Assembly: GCA_016214995.1 (NCBI GenBank)
Contig: JACRML010000031.1
Span: forward strand, 6,453 to 70,452
DNA from: Deltaproteobacteria bacterium
Lineage (GTDB): Bacteria > Desulfobacterota > GWC2-55-46 > UBA9637
Length of the DNA stretch: 64,000 bases
Direction of reading: 5' to 3'
Below the pieces are notes generated by a model. The model worked only from the letters and a program-made list of their open reading frames with translations, was not told the origin of the DNA and made no database searches. This document shows positions 1 to 8,114 of this stretch, piece by piece. The translations under genes were made by a program, and so were the position numbers. Position 1 is the stretch's first letter, and every line of letters begins with the position of its first letter.

Positions 1-2
1 CT

Positions 3-65
3 GTTCTTGGAGACGGCAGACCTGTATTTCTTATTGATCCGGCGGCGCTTATTACTGCAGGTTGA
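3..65 (+). CDS. 3' end of a truncated CDS with a CheW-like C-terminus (partial)
   Basis: Frame 3 reads VLGDGRPVFLIDPAALITAG-stop. LGDGR..L(I/L)D..AL is a usual ending of CheW/CheA-W domains. Only 20 codons are visible. Confidence 0.3.
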   Translation, partial: VLGDGRPVFLIDPAALITAG

Positions 66-131
66 GGCAGAGGTATAGAAAATATCTCACATTTACTCTA
101 CCTATGTCTTTACCTATATCTGTCTTAACCT

Positions 132-881
132 ATGAATGTTGACACATTAAAAAAACTTATCAGCAATATTAAAAAGGGGAAGGTAAATAATGTCAGTGCT
201 TTAGACGCATTAAGAACCCTTCCCTTTGAGGAGATGGAATTTGCCACATTGGATACCCACCGTTCTTTGCGGCAGGGCTTTCCTGAGGTAATACTTGGGC
301 AGGGCAAGACTGCAGCACAGATTATAACAATAATAAAAAAGATGAAGGATAAAAAGGAGAATATCCTTGCAACAAGGGTGGATAAGGTTAAGGCAAAGGC
401 TATAAGGAAGGCTGTTCCGCAGGCAATATACAATGATGTCGCAAGAACTTTATTTATAAAATCCCATCCCATAAAAATAATAGGCAAAGGAGCTATTCTG
501 GTTATATGCGCAGGCACATCAGATATGTCTGTGGCAGAGGAGGCAGTTATAACGGCGGAGGCAATGGGCAATAAGGTAGAGAGGCTTTATGATGTTGGAG
601 TTGCAGGCATCCACAGACTTCTTCACAAAAAGAAAAAAATCATTTCAGCCAATGTATTAATTGTTGTTGCCGGCATGGAAGGCGCGCTTCCCTCCGTAGT
701 TGGGGGATTGGTTTCAAGGCCTGTCATAGCGGTTCCGACAAGTATCGGCTACGGCGCAAACCTCGGCGGGCTTACAACGCTTCTTGCCATGCTAAACTCC
801 TGTGTAGCAGGTGTTACTGTGGTTAATATAGATAACGGTTTTGGCGCAGGATATGCGGCGAGTTTGATAAACAGGGGATAA
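132..881 (+). CDS. larB: LarB, nickel-pincer cofactor biosynthesis carboxylase/hydrolase (PurE-like)
   Basis: 249 aa. PurE/NCAIR-mutase-like core ILVICAGTSDMSVAEEA, VGVAGIHRL, VVAGMEGALPSVVGG. Immediately followed by larC. Confidence 0.85.
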   Translation: MNVDTLKKLISNIKKGKVNNVSALDALRTLPFEEMEFATLDTHRSLRQGFPEVILGQGKTAAQIITIIKKMKDKKENILATRVDKVKAKAIRKAVPQAIYNDVARTLFIKSHPIKIIGKGAILVICAGTSDMSVAEEAVITAEAMGNKVERLYDVGVAGIHRLLHKKKKIISANVLIVVAGMEGALPSVVGGLVSRPVIAVPTSIGYGANLGGLTTLLAMLNSCVAGVTVVNIDNGFGAGYAASLINRG

Positions 882-894
882 AACAAAATTTAAA

Positions 895-2100
895 ATGAAA
901 GATGGAAAAGTAAAAATAGCATACTTTGACTGCTGCTCAGGTATAAGCGGCGATATGGTTGTTGGGGCATTGATTGATTCGGGTCTTGATATAAAAATCC
1001 TGCAAAGAGAGCTTAAAAAGCTGGCCATAAAAGATTATTCCGTATCTGCCTCAAGAGACGAGCGGCACAACATAGTTGGCAGCAATTTCAAGATTAGATT
1101 CAAAGAATCCAGCCATCATAGAACATTCACTGGTATAAAAAATCTTATCAATAAAAGCAAACTCTCTGCAAAGGTTAAAGCATTAAGCGCCGCCATCTTT
1201 CTTAATCTTGCAAAGGCAGAGGCAAAGGTTCACGAGTGCAATATTAACGATATTCATTTTCATGAGGTTGGGGCAGTGGATTCTATTGCGGATATAGTTG
1301 GAACAGCTATCGGTATTGAACAATTGGGCATAGAAAAGATATATTCCTCGCCTTTACCCCTGGGTTCAGGCTGGGTCGAGACATCGCACGGAAGAATGCC
1401 GGTGCCTGCGCCTGCTACTCTGGAGCTTTTAAAAGATGTGCCGGTCGTTTCATCTCCTGTTGCATCAGAACTTACAACACCAACAGGTGCGGCCATAATA
1501 AAAACGCTGGCGCAGGATTTTGGCAACATGCCAAATATGACGATACAAGGTACAGGCTGCGGTGTAGGCGATAAGAATTTTAAGGAAATTCCGAATATAT
1601 TGAGACTGGTGATTGGTGAAGGGCTGGCATCAAACGGAGGCAGGCATGGTCATGAAAAACTTCTCATGATCGAGACTAATATAGATGATATGAATCCCCA
1701 GATATACGACTATCTTATGGCAAGGCTTTTCAAAAAAGACGCCCTTGATGTATTTCTTATACCAATACAGATGAAAAAGGGAAGGCCAGCCATACTTTTA
1801 AATGTTTTATGTTCTGAAAATAAACAAAATCCAATCATTGATGTAATCTTTAAGGAAACTACAACATTAGGTATTCGGACATATGAAGTGAACAGATACT
1901 GCCTTGAAAGGAAGACAGAAGATGTCTCAACACCTTATGGAAAGGTGAGGGTTAAAGTTTCTCAAAAGGATGGTAAATTAATAAACATTCAATCCGAATA
2001 CGAGGATTGCAAAAAAATAGCAGAAAAGAAAAATGTGCCTCTGAAACAAGTGATGGATGTGGCAAAGGAAGCAGGCTATAATTTAAGACAAAGGAGGTGA
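895..2100 (+). CDS. larC: LarC, nickel insertion protein (DUF111)
   Basis: 401 aa. N-terminus IAYFDCCSGISGDM, then HFHEVGAVDSIADIVG. Single uninterrupted ORF. Confidence 0.85.
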   Translation: MKDGKVKIAYFDCCSGISGDMVVGALIDSGLDIKILQRELKKLAIKDYSVSASRDERHNIVGSNFKIRFKESSHHRTFTGIKNLINKSKLSAKVKALSAAIFLNLAKAEAKVHECNINDIHFHEVGAVDSIADIVGTAIGIEQLGIEKIYSSPLPLGSGWVETSHGRMPVPAPATLELLKDVPVVSSPVASELTTPTGAAIIKTLAQDFGNMPNMTIQGTGCGVGDKNFKEIPNILRLVIGEGLASNGGRHGHEKLLMIETNIDDMNPQIYDYLMARLFKKDALDVFLIPIQMKKGRPAILLNVLCSENKQNPIIDVIFKETTTLGIRTYEVNRYCLERKTEDVSTPYGKVRVKVSQKDGKLINIQSEYEDCKKIAEKKNVPLKQVMDVAKEAGYNLRQRR

Positions 2101-2105
2101 AAACT

Positions 2106-2189
2106 ATGGCAGCAAAAAAGAAGGCAGCAAAGAAAGCAACAAAGAAGACGGCAAAAAAGGCAAAAAAATCTTCTTGCAAAAGCTGTTAG
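2106..2189 (+). CDS. 27-aa lysine-rich small protein (MAAKKKAAKKATKKTAKKAKKSSCKSC)
   Basis: ATG preceded by AAGGAGGTGA with about 6 nt spacing. The SD overlaps the larC stop. Not in the supplied ORF track because it is under 60 aa. Confidence 0.4.
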   Translation: MAAKKKAAKKATKKTAKKAKKSSCKSC

Positions 2190-2239
2190 GTGAGTGAGTT
2201 CGGAATAAGAACAAATTCCTGCCTAGGAGAACCCTTGCT

Positions 2240-2454
2240 CCAAAAATAGACATTGATTTTTGGGGAAACTGGTAAGTTGCCTGCCAGACAACAACCCCTA
2301 AATCCCCTCTCGAGAGGGGACTAAAGGGGTGTGTTATTTGCAACGAGCCGTATGTTCACCGATACGGTGAGGAGCAAAAATTCGCCGACAACGAAGTATG
2401 GCAGGCAAATCGCCAGTTTGTAAAATAGCAAGGTTTTTAATCGCTATTTTACGG
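2240..2454 (+). repeat. Mosaic hairpin-module repeat, family A, copy A1
   Basis: Modules: ccaaaaatagacattgatttttgg hairpin, the cccctctcgagagggg palindrome, caccgatacggtg hairpin, and gtaaaatagc..gctattttac hairpin. Same modules recur at 6688, 22488, 43871 and 51559. Confidence 0.85.
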
Positions 2455-2488
2455 TTGCCATAAGCAGGCGGGGGTTCTCCAAAATCTT

Positions 2489-3211
2489 ATGAAAATGAGA
2501 AAAGAAAAGAAACCCATTGCCATAGTCCTTGTAAGCGGCGGCATGGATAGTCTTGTTGCCGCTGCTATTGCCAGTCTTGAACATGAGATGGCATTTTTGC
2601 ATCTCAATTATGGTCAGAGGACTGAAAAACGAGAACACAAGGCATTCAATGATATTGCTGATTTTTATGGCGTGAAAAAAAGGCTTGTTGTTGATGTAGG
2701 GTATTTAAAAGAAATCGGCGGTTCTGCGTTGACGGATAAAGGCATAGATATTCCGATTCAGACGTCAGCTACCAGCCAGCAGCTATCAGCCATTCCTGTC
2801 ACCTATGTCCCCTTCAGAAATGCCCATTTGCTTTCAATTGCAGTATCATGGGCAGAGGTAATAGACGCCCATAAGATTTACATTGGCGCTGTTGAGGAGG
2901 ACAGTTCCGGCTATCCTGATTGCAGGGAGGTTTTTTATAAGGCATTTGGAAAGGCAATAGATGCCGGCACAAAGCCGGATACCAAGATAGAAATAATAAC
3001 GCCGCTCATTCACATAAGGAAGTCGGCAATTGTGAAAAAAGGGCTTAAGCTTAATGCGCCATTTCATTTGACATGGTCATGCTACCTTCCCCCTTATCCC
3101 CCTCATGGAGGGGGACAGGGGGAGGTAGCATGCGGCAAATGCGATTCGTGCAGGTTAAGGCTCAAAGGGTTTAGAGAAGCCGGAGCGGATGATCCGATAC
3201 CGTATAAGTAG
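2489..3211 (+). CDS. queC: 7-cyano-7-deazaguanine synthase QueC
   Basis: 240 aa. PP-loop VLVSGGMDSLV and C-terminal Zn site SCY...CGKCDSCRLR. Carries a 14-codon repeat-derived insert at 3086-3126. Confidence 0.9.
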   Translation: MKMRKEKKPIAIVLVSGGMDSLVAAAIASLEHEMAFLHLNYGQRTEKREHKAFNDIADFYGVKKRLVVDVGYLKEIGGSALTDKGIDIPIQTSATSQQLSAIPVTYVPFRNAHLLSIAVSWAEVIDAHKIYIGAVEEDSSGYPDCREVFYKAFGKAIDAGTKPDTKIEIITPLIHIRKSAIVKKGLKLNAPFHLTWSCYLPPYPPHGGGQGEVACGKCDSCRLRLKGFREAGADDPIPYK

Positions 3212-3250
3212 ATATGGTTTTTTATCATTTGAAGTTTTAAGAGGTATGTT

Positions 3251-3958
3251 TTGAAAGTTTCCGTTGTTATACCGGTTTATAATGAAGCGCCGTTTGTAGA
3301 AAAGGTGATTGCGAGAGTTCTTGAAACCGGCATTCCGTATGAAATTATTATTGTGGATGATGGTTCCACCGACGGCACACGGGAAATACTGAAAGCAATG
3401 TTTGGAGATCGGACAACCGGCACCAACGGCAAGGTTCATATTTATTTTCAAGAAAAAAATATGGGCAAAGGGGCGGCGCTTCGGCGTGGACTTAAAGAAG
3501 TGTCCGGCGATGTCGTCATCATTCAGGATGCCGATCTTGAATACAGCCCTCGGGACTATCCCCAATTATTAGAGCCGATATTGAATGGCAGAGCCGATGT
3601 GGTATATGGCTCCCGCTTTGCCGGGGGAGAAGCGCATAGGGTTCTCTATTTCTGGCATATGGCGGGAAACAAATTGCTGACCTTGTTGTCTAATAAGTTG
3701 ACCAACATAAATCTTACTGATATGGAAACCTGCTATAAAGTTTTCAAAAAAGAGACACTTAACCGAATTGTCATAGTGGAAAATCGTTTCGGTTTTGAGC
3801 CGGAGATTACCGCAAAGGTGGCGCGATTGGGTGCAAGGATATATGAGGTGGGGATTTCCTATTCCGGAAGATCCTACAGCGAAGGGAAGAAAATTGGGTG
3901 GAAGGACGGATTTCGGACATTATACTGCATTCTCAAATATAATCTGATAAGGTTTTGA
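3251..3958 (+). CDS. Family 2 glycosyltransferase (polyprenyl-phosphate sugar synthase-like)
   Basis: 235 aa with a TTG start. VVIPVYNE, IIVDDGSTDGT and QDADLEY (GT-A DxD). Confidence 0.8.
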   Translation: MKVSVVIPVYNEAPFVEKVIARVLETGIPYEIIIVDDGSTDGTREILKAMFGDRTTGTNGKVHIYFQEKNMGKGAALRRGLKEVSGDVVIIQDADLEYSPRDYPQLLEPILNGRADVVYGSRFAGGEAHRVLYFWHMAGNKLLTLLSNKLTNINLTDMETCYKVFKKETLNRIVIVENRFGFEPEITAKVARLGARIYEVGISYSGRSYSEGKKIGWKDGFRTLYCILKYNLIRF

Positions 3959-3971
3959 GAATGTTTACTGT

Positions 3972-4472
3972 ATGTTCAGACGAAGTGTAAAATATATCAT
4001 CGGAATATTTCTGTTATCCATCTGGTTTGTGTCAAACATGTCGAGCTTTAAAGCAGAGGGCATAGTATGGGGGCAGATATTCTTTTCCAAAGAAAGCATT
4101 TTTAAAACATTTGCTGTTGAATATCCGCTGTATGATTTTCTCGGCAAGGTAGTTTCTCTCACCCCGGGAAACAGCGCCTTCTATTGTTTTAATCCGTTTG
4201 GAGAGGAAGGCGGTTTATATTATTTATATTATCCTGTTCTGGTTAAGTATTATCTTTATCCCAGAAAGGTAATTATGGTTAATCAAAGTGAAGAAGTGCG
4301 GATAGAAGAACTGCTCAAAAGCAACTATATATTATTCTATATCCCTTATAACTTTCCATTGGCTAAGATTGAATCCACAATTAACAGCTTACCTTTCGCA
4401 CAAAGAATTTATTGGTCTCATAATAGCGCATATCAGGCCATTTACAGTTTGCAAAAAAACGATATGAGGTAA
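3972..4472 (+). CDS. Hypothetical membrane-anchored protein
   Basis: 166 aa with an N-terminal hydrophobic helix. No motif recognised. Packed between the GT2 gene and a polytopic membrane protein. Confidence 0.55.
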   Translation: MFRRSVKYIIGIFLLSIWFVSNMSSFKAEGIVWGQIFFSKESIFKTFAVEYPLYDFLGKVVSLTPGNSAFYCFNPFGEEGGLYYLYYPVLVKYYLYPRKVIMVNQSEEVRIEELLKSNYILFYIPYNFPLAKIESTINSLPFAQRIYWSHNSAYQAIYSLQKNDMR

Positions 4473-4474
4473 TC

Positions 4475-5911
4475 ATGGAATTTTTATTGTTTACGGCGTC
4501 CATCTGCATATTTATTTTATCCGGCCTCATAGCGCTGAGCTACATAGAGAAGGGGGTGGCGCTGGGTTTTGGCATGTGGGCAAGACTGGCTGTTTCCTTT
4601 ATGCTGGGTCTTGGCATTATATCGATGCAGATGTTTATTTATACGATATTATCCATTCCCTTCAGCTTTTTTAATATAACCGTTATCTGGATTGTTTTGA
4701 CGACTTTCTCTTGTTTATCCCACGACAGGAGAAATTTGTTTTCCGCTCATTTCAAGGCGTTTGACATTTCCTGTTTTCACAACCTTAAATGGCATGATGT
4801 AATTCTGCTACTCATTGTTGTATTGCAGGTAATATACACATTTATGTGTGCATTTCTTATGCCTCTCAACGGATGGGACGCATTGGAAATATGGTTTCTC
4901 AAGGCCAGGGGATTTTTTATGGAAAAAAAGGTTTCGCCAGAATTTCTCCTAAACGCCTCCTCTCACGCTGATTATCCTCTTTTAATTCCTTTATCTGTTG
5001 CATGGATATATACCTCTATGGGCAAACTCAATGATCACATGGCAAAGGTTATGTATCCTCTGCAATATGTTTCACTGCTGATAATCTTCCATTATTTGTT
5101 AAAAAAAATTTCCTCTCGCAACAATGCGCTATTATTTACTACCCTTCTTTCGTTAACACCTATGCTTGTGCTTCATGCCGGTGGTTTCCCTGCAATGAGT
5201 GTGAACTTATTCGTTTATGATTACGTCGGGTATGCGGATATTACCTTGTCCATATATTTCATAAGTTTCTGCGGTTTCCTATATCTTTTCCTGCTGAATC
5301 AAAACTATTTGCTTCTTACAATAGCCGTTTTGTTTCTTGGAATGGGTGCGTGGACTAAAAATGAAGGATTGACATTTGCCTTGATTGGAGCATGTTTGAT
5401 TGCGCAATATCTTTCAGGGGAGCTAAAGCGGCGCCTTTTGACAATATCAGTTATTTTAGCTGTTTTTGTATTACCTTGGCTTGCTTATAGATTATATTTC
5501 GGCATACCAGGCGAATATTTTAGCAATCTGAATTTTTACGTAATCCTCGACAATATAAGTCGTTTATCGGTTATAGTAAATACGATGGGCAAATCTATGT
5601 TCGTAGATATAACGCTCTTCAGCTTCATATGGTATGGATATATATTGACATCACTCGTCAATTGGCGCGGTTTTCTTCACAGGCCGCTCTTTGTTTTACA
5701 AACAATGCTTTTATCGCAGTGTGCAATCTATATCTTTATATACATGATAAGTCCGCATGATATTGTTTGGCATCTTACTACCTCAGTAGATAGATTAATC
5801 TTCCACCTGACGCCGCTGGCTTTGTTCATTGCCGGTATCAATGTGTGGCAAAAAATTGAACCTGCTGATTTACAATCTAGAGCTTATTTTCCGGTAAGAC
5901 AAAATCTATGA
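4475..5911 (+). CDS. Polytopic membrane protein, possibly GT-C (ArnT/PMT-like) glycosyltransferase
   Basis: 478 aa with roughly a dozen hydrophobic segments. Function is inferred only from architecture and the GT2 neighbour. Confidence 0.5.
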   Translation: MEFLLFTASICIFILSGLIALSYIEKGVALGFGMWARLAVSFMLGLGIISMQMFIYTILSIPFSFFNITVIWIVLTTFSCLSHDRRNLFSAHFKAFDISCFHNLKWHDVILLLIVVLQVIYTFMCAFLMPLNGWDALEIWFLKARGFFMEKKVSPEFLLNASSHADYPLLIPLSVAWIYTSMGKLNDHMAKVMYPLQYVSLLIIFHYLLKKISSRNNALLFTTLLSLTPMLVLHAGGFPAMSVNLFVYDYVGYADITLSIYFISFCGFLYLFLLNQNYLLLTIAVLFLGMGAWTKNEGLTFALIGACLIAQYLSGELKRRLLTISVILAVFVLPWLAYRLYFGIPGEYFSNLNFYVILDNISRLSVIVNTMGKSMFVDITLFSFIWYGYILTSLVNWRGFLHRPLFVLQTMLLSQCAIYIFIYMISPHDIVWHLTTSVDRLIFHLTPLALFIAGINVWQKIEPADLQSRAYFPVRQNL

Positions 5912-5980
5912 GCATGACATTTAAAGAATTTCTTAAACAAAAAAAAGAGATTGACACAAGCAAGGTTGATCCTATGGATT

Positions 5981-6625
5981 TTATGGATGAGTATTATGAC
6001 GAATATATAGAATATCTGGCAAAGGTAAAAGACGGCTGCAGCCCAAAAGAGTAGCTATCTCGGCGGATAATATGGATAAATAATATGGATAATATGGATG
6101 ATAATATGGGTAAGGGGAATATGGATGGTACGGATAATATGGGTTGTATGGCTGATAAGGCCGCCACGGCTGAGGCGGTTCGTAAATTATTTCCGACTGT
6201 GGTTCAAAGATACGCATCTGCAATGGTTCCAGTACAGGGTAAACATAATCCATTTCTCCAATCTTCTGTATTGTTATGCCCTTGATTATGCCCGCAACAG
6301 TTATCTCCTTGCCTGCTTTATATAAAAAGGTGTCCAAATATATTGAACTATCTACAAGAAACCTGCCTTTAGAAAGTTCTTTGTCAATTACCATGTCTGC
6401 TCTGTCCAGAGGTGTTTGAAGCACTTCGATGACTGTTTTATCGGCAAGATTTTTTGATGATATAATTATTCCGCCCCAGATGACATTTTTACCTTTATAA
6501 GCGTTTGGGTTTGTCTGAACCATAGGTAAGGTTATGGTTCTGTCAATCTCGCGCCTTATATTTCCAGAGATAACAGAACAACCTGTTAAAAAAATCAAAA
6601 ATATGATAGAAAGTCTGTAGCTCAT
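5981..6625 (-). CDS. Slp-family outer-membrane lipoprotein with a Pro/Tyr-rich C-terminal extension
   Basis: Lipobox LTGC. Slp core NVIWGGIIISS, VIEVLQTPLD, GRFLV. The start at MSYRL is preferred over the ORF-track start at 6634. Confidence 0.7.
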   Translation of the reverse strand: MSYRLSIIFLIFLTGCSVISGNIRREIDRTITLPMVQTNPNAYKGKNVIWGGIIISSKNLADKTVIEVLQTPLDRADMVIDKELSKGRFLVDSSIYLDTFLYKAGKEITVAGIIKGITIQKIGEMDYVYPVLEPLQMRIFEPQSEIIYEPPQPWRPYQPYNPYYPYHPYSPYPYYHPYYPYYLSILSAEIATLLGCSRLLPLPDILYIRHNTHP

Positions 6626-6687
6626 ATAGAACATCTTATCTAATAAGGAGAAAATGTCAACCCTTTACAAGTTACCCAAAAATTGTC

Positions 6688-6789
6688 CGATAACGCAGTA
6701 TGGCAGCCAAATCGGCTGGCTCCACTTGCTGCGAAGCAATTGCAAGTGGAAGATGTAAAATAGCGAGGTTTTTAATCGCTACTTTACGG
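6688..6789 (+). repeat. Family A repeat, partial copy A4
   Basis: cgataacgcagtatggcagccaaatcggc, then the ccacttgctgcgaagcaattgcaagtgg hairpin, then the gtaaaatagcgaggtttttaatcgctactttac hairpin. Confidence 0.8.
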
Positions 6790-6820
6790 AATCATATGCT
6801 TTATATGACAAGGCAGTCCA

Positions 6821-6843
6821 GTGTTTTGCCATTGGCAAAACAC
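6821..6843. promoter_or_regulatory. Perfect 23-bp palindrome upstream of dgt (candidate operator)
   Basis: gtgttttgcca-t-tggcaaaacac, 11-bp arms, 20 bp upstream of the dgt start. Confidence 0.3.
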
Positions 6844-6862
6844 ATAATTTATTGAGGGTCAA

Positions 6863-8023
6863 ATGGTTATGAAAGAAATAATGACATCTGCTGATTTAGA
6901 GGCAAAGAAACTTGCACCACATGCAATGGCTAGCAAGAAGTCCAAAGGACGAAGATATAAGGAAGATGAACATCCCTTCAGGACAGCCTTTCAAAGGGAC
7001 AGGGACAGAATTATCCACTGCAATGCCTTCCGCAGGCTGGAATATAAAACCCAGGTCTTTGTGTATCATGAAGGCGATCACTACAGGACCCGCTTAACTC
7101 ACACAATAGAAGTGGCGCAGATAGCCAGAACCATTGCAAGGGCTCTCCGCCTGAATGAAGAATTGGCAGAGGCCATTGCTCTTGCCCACGACCTCGGTCA
7201 CCCGCCCTTTGGGCATACGGGGGAAAAGACTTTGGCTCAACTCATGAAAGGTCACGGCGGTTTTGAGCACAATCTCCACAGTTTAAGGATTGTAGAATAT
7301 CTTGAGAGGCGGTATCCCGGTTTTAAGGGTTTAAATCTGACATGGGAAGTAAGAGAAGGAATTGTAAAGCATTGCTCCGAACATGACAGCCCTGATGTGT
7401 TGAAGGAATATGAGCCTGAAAAAGCGCCCTGCCTTGAGGCGCAGATAGTTGATGTGGCAGACGAGATAGCATATAACAACCATGATATAGATGACGGCCT
7501 GTCTTCCGAGATGATTGATGTAGAGCAGTTGAAAGAGGTGCAACTCTGGCTGGACCATTATGAGAGGGTAAGGGAGGCCTTTCCAGGAGAGGAATTTAAG
7601 ATTCATAAATCTCAGACAATAATCCAGATAATAAACCAACAGGTTACAGACCTGATTGTGCAGATATCAAAAGAAATAGAAAAGAGGAAGATAGGCTCTG
7701 TTGAGGATATCAGGGATATCGGCGAACCCATAGCAAGATTCAGCCCTGATATGAATAAGAAAAACACAGAGTTAAAAAAGTTTCTCAAAAGGAATCTTTA
7801 CAGCCACCATAGGGTAATACGGATGGCGGATAAGGCAGACCGCATACTCAAGGCACTTTTTAAGGTTTATTCAGACGAGCCCAAGCTTCTTCCGCCCCAT
7901 GTATATGCTGAATTGGAAGAAAAGGGCAAAGAGCGGCTCATCTGCGACTACATTGCCGGCATGACTGACAGGTTTGTGCTTGATGAATATAAAAAGCTTT
8001 TTGACCCGTATGAGAGGGTATAG
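6863..8023 (+). CDS. dgt: dGTPase-like deoxynucleoside triphosphate triphosphohydrolase (HD domain)
   Basis: 386 aa. FQRDRDRIIH, FRRLEYKTQVF, RTRLTHTIEVAQIAR, HDLGHPPFGH. Confidence 0.85.
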   Translation: MVMKEIMTSADLEAKKLAPHAMASKKSKGRRYKEDEHPFRTAFQRDRDRIIHCNAFRRLEYKTQVFVYHEGDHYRTRLTHTIEVAQIARTIARALRLNEELAEAIALAHDLGHPPFGHTGEKTLAQLMKGHGGFEHNLHSLRIVEYLERRYPGFKGLNLTWEVREGIVKHCSEHDSPDVLKEYEPEKAPCLEAQIVDVADEIAYNNHDIDDGLSSEMIDVEQLKEVQLWLDHYERVREAFPGEEFKIHKSQTIIQIINQQVTDLIVQISKEIEKRKIGSVEDIRDIGEPIARFSPDMNKKNTELKKFLKRNLYSHHRVIRMADKADRILKALFKVYSDEPKLLPPHVYAELEEKGKERLICDYIAGMTDRFVLDEYKKLFDPYERV

Positions 8024-8114
8024 AGTTTGTATACAATATGAGTAGGTGCAGAGGTCTGGCACAGGTGACCAGAACAAGGAGTATCTGTATTTTGCCACAG
8101 TGCATAGCCGGCGT

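Noticed and set aside
125-571. 148-aa minus-strand ORF antisense to larB, and the many similar 60-160-aa antisense ORFs across topA, metH, serA, fabG, hflX and others
   Set aside because: They lie entirely inside well-supported genes on the opposite strand. They have low-complexity or hydrophobic shadow-frame composition and no SD or motif. They are treated as non-coding.
132-2100. larB-larC without larE or larA as an anomaly
   Set aside because: The window starts at larB, so partners may lie elsewhere. Scattered lar genes are common, so this is not reportable from this window alone.
2455-2488. preQ1 riboswitch upstream of queC
   Set aside because: The 34-nt leader (ttgccataagcaggcgggggttctccaaaatctt) does not fit the preQ1-I stem-loop plus A-rich tail consensus as I recall it. 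An Rfam scan would be needed to exclude it fully.
6652-6756. 34-aa plus-strand ORF (MSTLYKLPKNCPITQYGSQIGWLHLLRSNCKWKM) behind an AAGGAG-like sequence
   Set aside because: The SD-ATG spacing is only about 3 nt, and the body is family A repeat sequence.
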